Shown here: piece after piece, positions 8,568 to 17,130 of the stretch
How positions within the stretch are numbered: position 1 is the stretch's first letter
Layout: every line of letters starts with the position of its first letter
Assembly: GCF_000010065.1 (NCBI RefSeq)
Contig: NC_006576.1
Location: 1,140,001 to 1,172,000, forward strand
From: Synechococcus elongatus PCC 6301
GTDB lineage: Bacteria > Cyanobacteriota > Cyanobacteriia > Synechococcales > Synechococcaceae
Reading direction: 5' to 3'
DNA length: 32,000 nucleotides
Translations under genes and position numbers: made by a program
Notes under the pieces: model-generated
What the model was told of the DNA's origin: nothing
The model's input: the letters and a program-made list of their open reading frames with translations, nothing else
Databases searched by the model: none

Positions 8568-9905
8568 CTAGAGGGCTCCTGCTGCCGTGCGATCGAGCAC
8601 TGCCCCATCCAAATGCAGGGTCAAGTTCATCGCTTGCAGCACTGGGCGCGAATCAAGCCGCTTCGGATAGTCAACAACGGTGACTGCGCCGTTACCCTGC
8701 TTGATTGACCAAATATCTGCTGGCGAGAGGCCGAGGACATGGCAGAGGATGACTTTGTTGACCGCGTCGTGGGCCACAACGAGTCCTGTACTACCTTCTG
8801 GCGCATTAGCAACGATCGCCTCCCAAGCTGCGACAGAACGATCCCAGACTTCCTGTAGGTTTTCACCTTCGGGCATCTGGACTTGCTCGGGCTGGTCCTT
8901 CCAGAGCTGCAACAGCTCGCCAAACTCCGCCGCAATTTCTTCTTCAAGCTTGCCTTCCCAAAGGCCATGGCCAATTTCCTGCAAGCGATCGTCTACCGAT
9001 AGTTCGCAGTTGGGATGACGTTCAAGAATCAGTTCCGCTGTTTCTTTGGGGCGAGCCATCGGACTGCTGACGGCGAAATCAATCTGAATCGGCGCAAGGA
9101 ATTCTGCCGCCGAGCGCGCCTGGGCACGGCCGTTGTCATTGAGCGGAATATCGATTTGACCTTGGAAGCGTTTCTGGCGGTTCCAGTCGGTTTCACCATG
9201 GCGAACCAGCAGCAACCGAACGCCGCTACTGGCCCCGCGATCGGGTAGGGCATCACCTAGGGGAGCCGTCAGGTTCAAACATTCCAGTTGGGCCGGCTGA
9301 TTCGTTCCATCCGCAAAGTTGAGGACACTGATGCCGCAGTTGGACTGGCGAATAACCTGGTAAGCAGAGGGATCGACCCCCAGCGCTGTCGCAATCAGCG
9401 ATCGCAAAATGCCGTTGTGGGCGACGAGCAGCACGGTTTGATCGCGATGGCGCTCGAGCAAGTCCTTCCAGAACTGCCGAGCTTGTTCAAACAGTGCCAA
9501 AACCGGCGCATGCTCCCGACTGCCACCCTGACCATCGGGCACCGTCAGCACTAACTCGTGGGGCGCTTCATGCCACTGGCGGTAGAGTTCAGCGTACTGC
9601 GATCGCACTTCCTCGCGACTCAGTCCTTCCCAAAGGGGTAGGTCGACTTCCAGCAAGCCATCGCTGACCGCTAGCGCCGGCGGGGTCTCGATTTGTTCAA
9701 TGATGATTTCAGCGGTGCGCTTGGCCCGCTGCAGCGGGCTGCAGTAAGCCGCCGCAAAGGGAATGCCGTTCAGGGCTGCCGCAACCTTGACCGCATCGGC
9801 GGCCCCGCGATCGGTCAGCTGAGAATTGTCGCAGCGTCCTTGGATACGCCCAGCGGCGCTATAGCTGCTTTGTCCGTGGCGGACGAGGACAACACGCGTA
9901 GCCAA
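8568..9905 (-). CDS. Tandem (two-domain) histidine phosphatase / phosphoglycerate-mutase-family protein
   Basis: 445-aa ORF with two RHG catalytic motifs: VVLVRHGQSS at the N-terminus and LLLVRHGETDWN at about residue 232. Each is followed by a His-phosphatase-like region (LVAHNG and VVAHDA). Confidence 0.85.
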   Translation of the reverse strand: MATRVVLVRHGQSSYSAAGRIQGRCDNSQLTDRGAADAVKVAAALNGIPFAAAYCSPLQRAKRTAEIIIEQIETPPALAVSDGLLEVDLPLWEGLSREEVRSQYAELYRQWHEAPHELVLTVPDGQGGSREHAPVLALFEQARQFWKDLLERHRDQTVLLVAHNGILRSLIATALGVDPSAYQVIRQSNCGISVLNFADGTNQPAQLECLNLTAPLGDALPDRGASSGVRLLLVRHGETDWNRQKRFQGQIDIPLNDNGRAQARSAAEFLAPIQIDFAVSSPMARPKETAELILERHPNCELSVDDRLQEIGHGLWEGKLEEEIAAEFGELLQLWKDQPEQVQMPEGENLQEVWDRSVAAWEAIVANAPEGSTGLVVAHDAVNKVILCHVLGLSPADIWSIKQGNGAVTVVDYPKRLDSRPVLQAMNLTLHLDGAVLDRTAAGAL

Positions 9906-10005
9906 GGTTTTCTCCGCTGAGTCGGTGCAAAGGACAGGCCAAAAGCCCGAATCATTTTACGCTGAGCCGACCGTCTCGAGGCCAATGGGATAATGCCGGG
10001 GACGA

Positions 10006-11448
10006 ATGCTACAGCGAGAGCCCATGGGCATACGGCGATTACTAGTCTGGAGTTTGTCTCTGCTGGCCTGCCTCTTGATGGGCAATGTGTTGCTGAATAG
10101 TTGGCAGCAACCGCAGGTCCAGAGTCAGTTGGAATTGCGGCAGAACGAGTTGTCGCTGCAGCTCTTACAGCTTCAGGATCAGTGGGCTAGTGCCGATGGC
10201 GATCGCCAAACCACGCTTGCTACGGCTGAGCGTAGTTTTCGCCAAAGAGTTGAACAACTCCAAACAAATAGTGCTTCAGGGCTCCTCGTCCAGACGGATC
10301 AGCTCAGCCAAGCACAGCTGGAATTAGGGGTGATTGAGGCGGTCAATGGCAATGCTCCAGCTGCGATCGCCACTTGGGAAAATGCGATCGCCACGGCTTT
10401 ACCCAACTCCCCCAATCCGCAGAGTGCCACGGTTCTGATCGGCCTCTGGCAAGATCCGCCCCGACTGCTCCCCGATGCCGAACCGCAATTGCGATCGCAG
10501 CTACGGGGCTGGTTTCAAACTCAGTCCCTCGAGCAGCTCTACCGTCTCCAACAGCGTTCTGATGCCCTTGCCAGTCTGGTCAAGCGCCAAAATCGGGCGG
10601 CTTGGCAAGCCCTGATCGCCCTGCTACTGCTCAACGGGCTACCCCTCGTCGGTTCAATTCTGGGACTGGGCATTTTGGGCTACTTAGGCTGGCGGCGCTG
10701 GCGCAAGCAACCCTTCCCACCACTGCAGGGCTGGACGGTGCCCTGGGATTCCACTGTGGTGGCCTGGATCATGCTGCCGGGCTTCATCTTGATCGGCCAG
10801 ATTGGCCTCAATCAATTGCTGCTCCCAACGCTACTGGCTGCCGTTGGCTTCGACAGTAGTCGCTTGGATGTCAGCGGCCAAGCATTCTCGATCTTGGTGC
10901 GCTACAGCCTGATGGCGGGGCTGGTTCTGGGGCTGCTGGCCTGGACGCTACAGCGCTATCGTCCCCTGCCACCCGATTGGTTTGTCCTGCGCTGGCGATC
11001 GCGCTGGCCCTTGTGGGGCATTGGGGGCTATTGGGTCGCTCTGCCCGTAGTGATTGGGACCTCACTCCTCAACCAACTGATCTGGCAGGGCCGTGGCGGC
11101 AGTAATCCGCTGCTGGAGTTGGTGCTGGATAGCGGCAGCCGCAGCGCCCTGTTCTGGTTCTGGGTGACGGCGGCGATCGCGGCGCCCCTATTTGAGGAAG
11201 TGCTATTTCGGGGTTTTCTGCTGGCCTCCCTCACCCGCTGGCTACCAGTGCGCGGCGCGATCGCCCTCAGTGGCCTACTCTTTGCCCTAGCCCACCTCAG
11301 CCTGTCGGAAGTGCTGCCCTTGTTTGCCCTCGGCTGTCTATTGGGCGAGGTCTACACCCGTAGCCGTAACCTTTTAGCCCCAATGCTCTTGCATGGCCTT
11401 TGGAATAGCGGCACCTTAATCAGCCTGCTCTTGCTCAGCCAGCCTTAG
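10006..11448 (+). CDS. CPBP-family (CAAX/Abi) intramembrane glutamic protease with a long N-terminal extension
   Basis: 480-aa ORF. The C-terminal multi-pass region has EEVLFRGFL, FALAHL and HGLWN motifs. The start could instead be the ATG at 10024. Confidence 0.8.
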   Translation: MLQREPMGIRRLLVWSLSLLACLLMGNVLLNSWQQPQVQSQLELRQNELSLQLLQLQDQWASADGDRQTTLATAERSFRQRVEQLQTNSASGLLVQTDQLSQAQLELGVIEAVNGNAPAAIATWENAIATALPNSPNPQSATVLIGLWQDPPRLLPDAEPQLRSQLRGWFQTQSLEQLYRLQQRSDALASLVKRQNRAAWQALIALLLLNGLPLVGSILGLGILGYLGWRRWRKQPFPPLQGWTVPWDSTVVAWIMLPGFILIGQIGLNQLLLPTLLAAVGFDSSRLDVSGQAFSILVRYSLMAGLVLGLLAWTLQRYRPLPPDWFVLRWRSRWPLWGIGGYWVALPVVIGTSLLNQLIWQGRGGSNPLLELVLDSGSRSALFWFWVTAAIAAPLFEEVLFRGFLLASLTRWLPVRGAIALSGLLFALAHLSLSEVLPLFALGCLLGEVYTRSRNLLAPMLLHGLWNSGTLISLLLLSQP

Positions 11449-11609
11449 AGCAGTGTTGTGGTCGGTTGGCAAATCAGGAACCCGTTTTTAGAAACAAGCG
11501 CTATCTTTAAGCGGAAACGTAGTCGGCAATACACATCAGGCCTCTGGGTTCCAGAGATTCTTAACAGAACCTTAAAAAGTACTGTCAAGTCTTTTCGAGA
11601 CGACTAACC

Positions 11610-11632
11610 CACGGCATACTCGGCCGTGTTTT
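11610..11632 (+). terminator. Terminator-like hairpin (CACGGC-N7-GCCGTG followed by TTTT) in the CPBP-ftsL intergenic region
   Basis: 6-bp GC-rich stem (11610-11615 and 11623-11628) followed by T4 (11629-11632). It lies 162 nt after the CPBP stop and 29 nt before the next start. Confidence 0.3.
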
Positions 11633-11660
11633 CCCCTCAACCCACTGCCCCTCAACCGCC

Positions 11661-12104
11661 ATGGTCGCCGTTCCTGCTCGCCCGATTCCTCAGCCCCGCC
11701 CGCTGACGGTAGTCACGCCGGTTGCTACTCCACGGAACCGCTCGCGATCGTCGCTAAAAACGCGTAGTTGGCCTTGGTTGGGCGTCTGTCAAAAAATTGG
11801 TCTGGGGCTGGGAGCCAGCCTAGGGGCAGGTGTCTTGGGCGTCTATTGCTTCAATGTCTACCTCGACTCTCGCTGGAGTCGGAATTTCCAACAGCTCGAT
11901 CAGTTGCGACAACAGGAACTGAAGCTGACAGCTACCACAGCATTGCTACGGGATGAGGTGTTGGAACAGGGTCAGCAAAGCGGCAAAGGCTGGGTATCGG
12001 CCAAACCCTCGGATTTGATCTTCTTGCAACCTGCACCGCCGCGCCCGGCCAATCCTGTACCTGCACCTGAATTGCCAGCCCCCACAGCCTCCGTAGGATA
12101 TTGA
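11661..12104 (+). CDS. FtsL/DivIC-like bitopic cell-division protein (hypothetical)
   Basis: 147-aa ORF with a Pro/Arg-rich N-terminus and one TM helix (IGLGLGASLGAGVLGVYCF). A coiled-coil-like segment follows (QQLDQLRQQELKLTATTALL). Its stop overlaps or abuts the ftsI start region. The call rests on position and architecture only. Confidence 0.5.
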   Translation: MVAVPARPIPQPRPLTVVTPVATPRNRSRSSLKTRSWPWLGVCQKIGLGLGASLGAGVLGVYCFNVYLDSRWSRNFQQLDQLRQQELKLTATTALLRDEVLEQGQQSGKGWVSAKPSDLIFLQPAPPRPANPVPAPELPAPTASVGY

Positions 12105-12106
12105 CG

Positions 12107-13876
12107 ATGACGGTACTGCCGCAAGCGAGAGGAGGTCGGAATTCCCGGCGATCACCGCGTCGCTCAGTACCGCAGCAGGTCATTGAACCACGGCGAATAC
12201 TCGCCATTTGGCTACTGCTGGTGATTGGCGCTGCTCTCTTAGGTTGGCGTCTGTTTACCGTGCAGGTGCTAGAAGGGCCAATGCTCCGACAAAAAGCCAC
12301 GGAACAGCAGCGAGTGATGCTGTCGCCCTTCCTGCCACGGCGGCCCATCATCGATCAGCAGGGCAATCTGATTGCCCTCGACCAAGAGATTTATACCCTC
12401 TACGTTCACCCCCAGCTTTTCAAAGAGCCCATTCCTAGCGTGGCCCAAAAACTGGCGCCGATTCTAGGGATGGACGTCAGTACCCTGACACAGCGATTCC
12501 AGTCGCAAAAGAGTGGCATTCGCCTGCGATCGGATCTGTCGCGCGAGGCCGTGACTGCTCTGCGGAAGCTTTACCTTGATGGCCTCGAGTTTGAGCAGCG
12601 GGCCCAGCGCCTCTATCCCTTCAAGGATCTCTATGCCAATATCGTTGGCTTTCTCAACGATGAGCGCAAAGGCCAAGCTGGATTGGAATTCAGCCAGCAG
12701 AATCTCTTGCAGCGGCCCGTCCTAAAAGCATCCGTCGAGCGATCGGGGGATGGTAGCTTGCTGCCTGATGGTGTGCCTGCTGGCTTCCTGCACCAAGATG
12801 ATATGCGGCTGCAACTCACCTTGGATGGCCGCCTCCAACGCACCACACAAACAGCACTCCGGCAGCAATTAAAACGCTATTCCGCCAAACGGGGCGCGGC
12901 GCTGGTGATGGATGTGCGGGATGGCTCGATGTTGGCGCTAGTCAGTGAGCCGACCTACGACGCCAATCGCTATTTCGAAGCTGATCCCAAGCTCTTTAAT
13001 GACTGGGCAGTTCATGATCTCTATGAGCCGGGGTCGACTTTTAAGCCGATCAATATTGCGATCGCCCTAGAAGAGAAAGTTCTCGACATTAACGATGTCA
13101 TCTACGACGAAGGTCGCATCCAAGTCGGGGGCTGGCCAATCAACAACCACGACTTCAGCACAGCAGGCGGACGAGGACCCCTGAATCTGGCGCAAGTGAT
13201 GCAGTATTCCAGCAATGTGGCCATGGTTCACATCGTGGAACGCATGCGGCCCCAACGCTATTTTGAATGGCTGCAAAAATTGCAAATCGATAAACCCGTT
13301 GGGACTGATTTGCCCTTTGCCACCGGCGGGCAGATCAAATCACGCGATGAGTTTGTCAACTATGTGATTGAGCCTGCAACAGCAGCATTTGGGCAGGGTT
13401 TCTCGCTGACCCCCCTCAAGCTTTTGCAGCTGCATGCCGCGATCGCCAATGGAGGCAAACTGGTCACGCCCCACGTCATCGCCGGACTAGTCGACAGTCA
13501 AGGTCAGCTCTACTGGCAGCCGCCGCGTCCTGAAGCACCACAACTCTTTTCTGCCGATACGTCGAAGCAGGTCATGGGTTTGATGGAGAGTGTGGTCGCT
13601 GCCGGTAGCGGAAAACCAGCCCAAGTTAAAGGGTATCGACTAGGTGGGAAAACCGGGACTGCCCAGAAAGCAGAAAATGGTGTGTATGTTGCAGGGGCGC
13701 GGATCACCAGCTTTGTGGGTGTTTTACCCGCAGACAATCCACGCTATGCCATGTTGGTCGTGGTCGATGAGCCGAAGGGGGATGACGCCTACGGCTCAAC
13801 GGTTGCCGCTCCCGTTGTCAAGCAAATGGCGGAAGCCCTCGTTGCGATCGAGGGTTTGGCTCCTAACCAGAATTGA
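12107..13876 (+). CDS. ftsI: Class B penicillin-binding protein / peptidoglycan D,D-transpeptidase FtsI
   Basis: Transpeptidase motifs STFKP (SxxK), SSN and KTGTA, with an N-terminal TM anchor. I took the ATG at 12107. The ORF track starts at a TTG at 12101. Confidence 0.9.
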   Translation: MTVLPQARGGRNSRRSPRRSVPQQVIEPRRILAIWLLLVIGAALLGWRLFTVQVLEGPMLRQKATEQQRVMLSPFLPRRPIIDQQGNLIALDQEIYTLYVHPQLFKEPIPSVAQKLAPILGMDVSTLTQRFQSQKSGIRLRSDLSREAVTALRKLYLDGLEFEQRAQRLYPFKDLYANIVGFLNDERKGQAGLEFSQQNLLQRPVLKASVERSGDGSLLPDGVPAGFLHQDDMRLQLTLDGRLQRTTQTALRQQLKRYSAKRGAALVMDVRDGSMLALVSEPTYDANRYFEADPKLFNDWAVHDLYEPGSTFKPINIAIALEEKVLDINDVIYDEGRIQVGGWPINNHDFSTAGGRGPLNLAQVMQYSSNVAMVHIVERMRPQRYFEWLQKLQIDKPVGTDLPFATGGQIKSRDEFVNYVIEPATAAFGQGFSLTPLKLLQLHAAIANGGKLVTPHVIAGLVDSQGQLYWQPPRPEAPQLFSADTSKQVMGLMESVVAAGSGKPAQVKGYRLGGKTGTAQKAENGVYVAGARITSFVGVLPADNPRYAMLVVVDEPKGDDAYGSTVAAPVVKQMAEALVAIEGLAPNQN

Positions 13877-14051
13877 ACCTGCTTGTGAAAATCCCTAGGA
13901 TTCTAGTCACCATTCCTGGACTCGAGACAGTAACAAGGGAATTAACTAAGGCCCAAGGCCCTCACCTGAGCAGGTTCTGATCCGAATCCAATGTCCTGAT
14001 TGAGTTTAGGGATGCTGGGGCATTTTGTTGGGGAGCAGAGCCGGCGATCGC

Positions 14052-15230
14052 TCATTGAGAAGGCGTTAGATTGGTCGTCCAAGTTTTGGCATCCCCGACT
14101 TCCACCTTGAGGAAGCCTTTGGAGTAGGCCGGGCTGGGGCAGCGATCGCGGTTGGCGTCAGGGTATTCAAAAGCATCCTCTTGCATACAAAAGGGGAAAT
14201 CACCAGACCACAGTGTTTGATCTGACTCTGCAAAGACGTAGACCTCATCAACGCTATCGAGCAAGTTGGGGAAAAACTGACATTTACTCTGATCAAGATT
14301 CCACCAGCCTTCGCTGCGATAGCTATCGATTGAAGTATCGAAATAAGCGATCGCGACTGAAAGATTTTCACCCGATTGATTGCAGACTTCGTATCCAGCC
14401 TCATTGCGGTCTGGATTTTCAACCTGCTCAACCTGAGTTTCTTCAGGCTCACTAAACTGGTCAATTGCGATCGCTTGATTTCCTGCATTTTCTTTGACAT
14501 AGCGCTCAGCGATGCGAGGCTCGATCGCAAAACCAATCCCTTCTGACTGCGCTGGATCCAGCTTGGAAACAACAACCCCAACAACGCAACCGCGCTTGTC
14601 GAGAACAGGGCCGCCCGAGTTACCTGGGTTGATGGCAATATCGGTTTGGATCAGGCCTTGATCGGTGACGAAGCGACTAATAATGCCTTGGGAAATGGAC
14701 CATTCCTGGCCCAAGGGCGACCCGATCGCATAGACCGTGCTGGCCGTTTCAATGTCATCACTTAGCTTTAGGGGAGTGCCGATTTCTGTCTCCGTTTTAA
14801 TTAAGGCCAAATCAGAAGAATCGGCCTCACCCTCACCAACCGCGAGCAACTGGGCGTCAACCACATTGCCACGGACATCCTTCACCGTCAGGGTGCCGCC
14901 ATTCCCTTTGACCACATGAGCGTTGGTAAGAATGATGGAGCCGTTGTCATTTTTGACGACAAAACCAGAGCCCAAACCTGTGGCCGTTTCGATTTTGACC
15001 ACACTGCCCTTGCTGCGCTTGAAGATATCGCTCGCTTCCAGCTGGCGTGAACCACACAGGTTACCCGACGGGTTTAATGCCTGCCGCGATCGCCCACAGC
15101 TTTGAACGAGCAAGGAGACGAGTGCAAGGCCCAGCAGTGGCTGCCAGATCCGAGAAACAGTAGGCATGGGAATCTGCGATCGCGAAGAAGCATTTGTTCT
15201 GCAGTGTAGGGTCTGGTTTTGATCCTGCAA
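14052..15230 (-). CDS. Secreted or lipoprotein trypsin-like (S1) serine protease fused to a Cys-rich DUF1036-like C-terminal domain
   Basis: The catalytic triad contexts are LTNAHVV, DLALIK and GNSGGPVLD. There is no PDZ domain. The C-terminal ~115 aa (YEVCNQSGENLSVAIAY...SEGWWNL...C...WSGDFPFC...C...GFLKVEV) matches my memory of DUF1036. A signal or lipobox-like LLVQSC is present. An alternative start is the ATG at 15167. Confidence 0.85.
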   Translation of the reverse strand: MQDQNQTLHCRTNASSRSQIPMPTVSRIWQPLLGLALVSLLVQSCGRSRQALNPSGNLCGSRQLEASDIFKRSKGSVVKIETATGLGSGFVVKNDNGSIILTNAHVVKGNGGTLTVKDVRGNVVDAQLLAVGEGEADSSDLALIKTETEIGTPLKLSDDIETASTVYAIGSPLGQEWSISQGIISRFVTDQGLIQTDIAINPGNSGGPVLDKRGCVVGVVVSKLDPAQSEGIGFAIEPRIAERYVKENAGNQAIAIDQFSEPEETQVEQVENPDRNEAGYEVCNQSGENLSVAIAYFDTSIDSYRSEGWWNLDQSKCQFFPNLLDSVDEVYVFAESDQTLWSGDFPFCMQEDAFEYPDANRDRCPSPAYSKGFLKVEVGDAKTWTTNLTPSQ

Positions 15231-15245
15231 CTACGGCTAGGAACA

Positions 15246-16979
15246 CTAGGACGGGATGATCGCTGGTGCCAGCGGGATCAGACAGGTGACTGTGGTCCCC
15301 AAACCCTCGCCAGGGCTAAACAGTTCAACAATGCCACCCATACTCTCCAGCAAGCGTCGACAGATCACCAGCCCCAAGCCACTCCCACCAAACTGCCGTG
15401 TCAGAGAGCTATCCGCCTGACTGAAGGATTGAAAGAGACTGCCCTGTCGCTCGGGGGCAACACCAATACCACTGTCTTCAATCTCCAGCCGTAGATAGCC
15501 CGGTAGATTCTGCCCATTGGCGCAAAGGGGCTGCCAAACCGCTGTTGCTCGCACTTCAACGTAGCCAGTGAGCGTAAATTTAATCGCATTGCCCACGAGG
15601 TTAAAGAGCACCTGCAGCGACCGTTGGCGATCGCCCCAGAGGGCAACCGATTCGGTCTCCGCAGCAATACGACAGCGATAGACCAGCCCTTTGGCTTGTG
15701 CTTGGCTCCGCAGACAGGTTTCTACCTCCGCCAGCAAGTTCCGTAGTGGCACGGTTTCGGCTTGGAGCTGCAGCCGTCCGGCTTCGATGCGGGCGATATC
15801 GAGAATGTCATTGATGATGCCTAGCAGATGCAATGCCGAATGATAGGCCCCGGCAATAAACTCCTGGCGTTCCTCTGGCGTCTCGGCCAAGTCGTCTTGA
15901 AGAAGCTGCAGATAGCCAATCATGCCGGTCAGCGGCGTACGTAGCTCGTGGGAGGTATTGGCGAGGAAGTCGGTCTTCAGTTGCGAAAGGGCTTCCGACT
16001 GACGATGGGCTTCGATCAAGGCCTGCTGCTGTTCCAACAAAGTTTGATTTGCTCGCTGCAATTCCAGGGCCAACGCCTGGCTTTGGGCGTAGAGGCGAGC
16101 ATGAGCCAGTGCAGTCCCCACCTGATCCGCCAGCTCCCAAACCAGATCGCGATCGCCCGCAGTCAATTCCTCCGCCGATCGCAGCAGCAAAACACCGTTG
16201 GGATGATCTTGATAGCCGGTTGGAACCATCCAGATTGGTTCCGCTGGCGATCGTTCAAAATCAACTACTGCTTGAGTGGGTCGCAAACTCAGCAAGGCAT
16301 CCGCTAGCGAAGGATTCCTGGCGATCGCCAATTGCTCGCCCAAGACGACCGGCAGGTGCGCCTGACGATACTCCGCCACAATTGCGATCGCCGTTGATCC
16401 CAACTCGTAGGGACAGAGCAAGCAACGCTGCAGTCCAAGTGCCTGCCCAAGCCCTTGCACCGTATGTCGCCAAATTGTCTCAGGGTCGAGGGTGCGGCGA
16501 ATATCCCAGGCGATTTGGGCAAACAGCTTGGCATGGTGGGGTGGCGCGATCGCGATCGGGGGTTCTGGTAACGCCTCGGGTAGCGGCTCCTGCTGCCGCC
16601 CAATCACCAGTAATAAAGTGCTGGCCTGCTGCGGTTGCAGAATTGGACTAAGCGTCAGGTCGAAAACGTAAACCTGTCCCTGAAAACGAAAGCCAGTACG
16701 AAATTGCTCAGCACGGCCGCGATGCATGGCTCGCCGCATCCGCGCCAAGTAGAGGTTGAGATCAACCGGCGTAAACTGCTCGCCGAGGTAACTCCCGACG
16801 ACTTGCTCGCTGTTCAGGCCCAGCCATTGGCCACTGCGCCAAGCAAACGAGAGGTAGCGTCCGAGAAGATCTTGGACGTAGTACAGATCGGCGGTGGAGG
16901 CGAGTTGCGCTGCTGACGGCGTAATCCAAGCCAGCTCCAGCGGGTTCGCAGCAGTCGAGCGCGAGGCAGACCCAGACAT
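15246..16979 (-). CDS. Soluble PAS/GAF sensor histidine kinase (no adjacent response regulator)
   Basis: 577-aa ORF with no TM helices. The H-box is SHELRTPLTG, the N-box is LVGNAIKFT, G1 is EDSGIGV and G2 is GGSGLGL. It ends 15 nt upstream of the protease gene on the same strand. Confidence 0.9.
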   Translation of the reverse strand: MSGSASRSTAANPLELAWITPSAAQLASTADLYYVQDLLGRYLSFAWRSGQWLGLNSEQVVGSYLGEQFTPVDLNLYLARMRRAMHRGRAEQFRTGFRFQGQVYVFDLTLSPILQPQQASTLLLVIGRQQEPLPEALPEPPIAIAPPHHAKLFAQIAWDIRRTLDPETIWRHTVQGLGQALGLQRCLLCPYELGSTAIAIVAEYRQAHLPVVLGEQLAIARNPSLADALLSLRPTQAVVDFERSPAEPIWMVPTGYQDHPNGVLLLRSAEELTAGDRDLVWELADQVGTALAHARLYAQSQALALELQRANQTLLEQQQALIEAHRQSEALSQLKTDFLANTSHELRTPLTGMIGYLQLLQDDLAETPEERQEFIAGAYHSALHLLGIINDILDIARIEAGRLQLQAETVPLRNLLAEVETCLRSQAQAKGLVYRCRIAAETESVALWGDRQRSLQVLFNLVGNAIKFTLTGYVEVRATAVWQPLCANGQNLPGYLRLEIEDSGIGVAPERQGSLFQSFSQADSSLTRQFGGSGLGLVICRRLLESMGGIVELFSPGEGLGTTVTCLIPLAPAIIPS

Positions 16980-17130
16980 AGCGCGATCGACCTTCGACAG
17001 TCCGGCCTTAGCGTAGCAACCGTCGCGAGAAATGGCTGTTGAGCCGTTCCAGTCTCAAGAGAGCTTTAGACGGCCTTTAGAATGGGGAAGCTGCCTTGTC
17101 TGCTGCGCTTTTCCTACGGGTTCCGGCTGT

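Noticed and set aside
13874-13977. 9-bp inverted repeat GAACCTGCT...AGCAGGTTC flanking the ftsI/protease convergent gap
   Set aside because: The arms are about 86 nt apart with no U-tract, so it may be chance. The support is too weak to call a terminator or element boundary.
14066-14638. 190-aa minus-strand alternative-frame ORF inside the protease gene
   Set aside because: It is on the same strand in a different frame. The 392-aa frame carries the catalytic triad and the DUF1036-like domain.
16049-16651. 200-aa plus-strand ORF antisense to the histidine kinase
   Set aside because: It is a Pro/Arg/Ala-rich shadow frame. The minus strand has all the kinase motifs.
17032-17130. 33-codon N-terminal extension of lepA in the ORF track
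   Set aside because: The conserved LepA N-terminus ([24 protein letters not shown]) begins at ATG 17131. The extension is Cys-rich and would consume the divergent promoter region, which includes a TAGAAT at 17078-17083.
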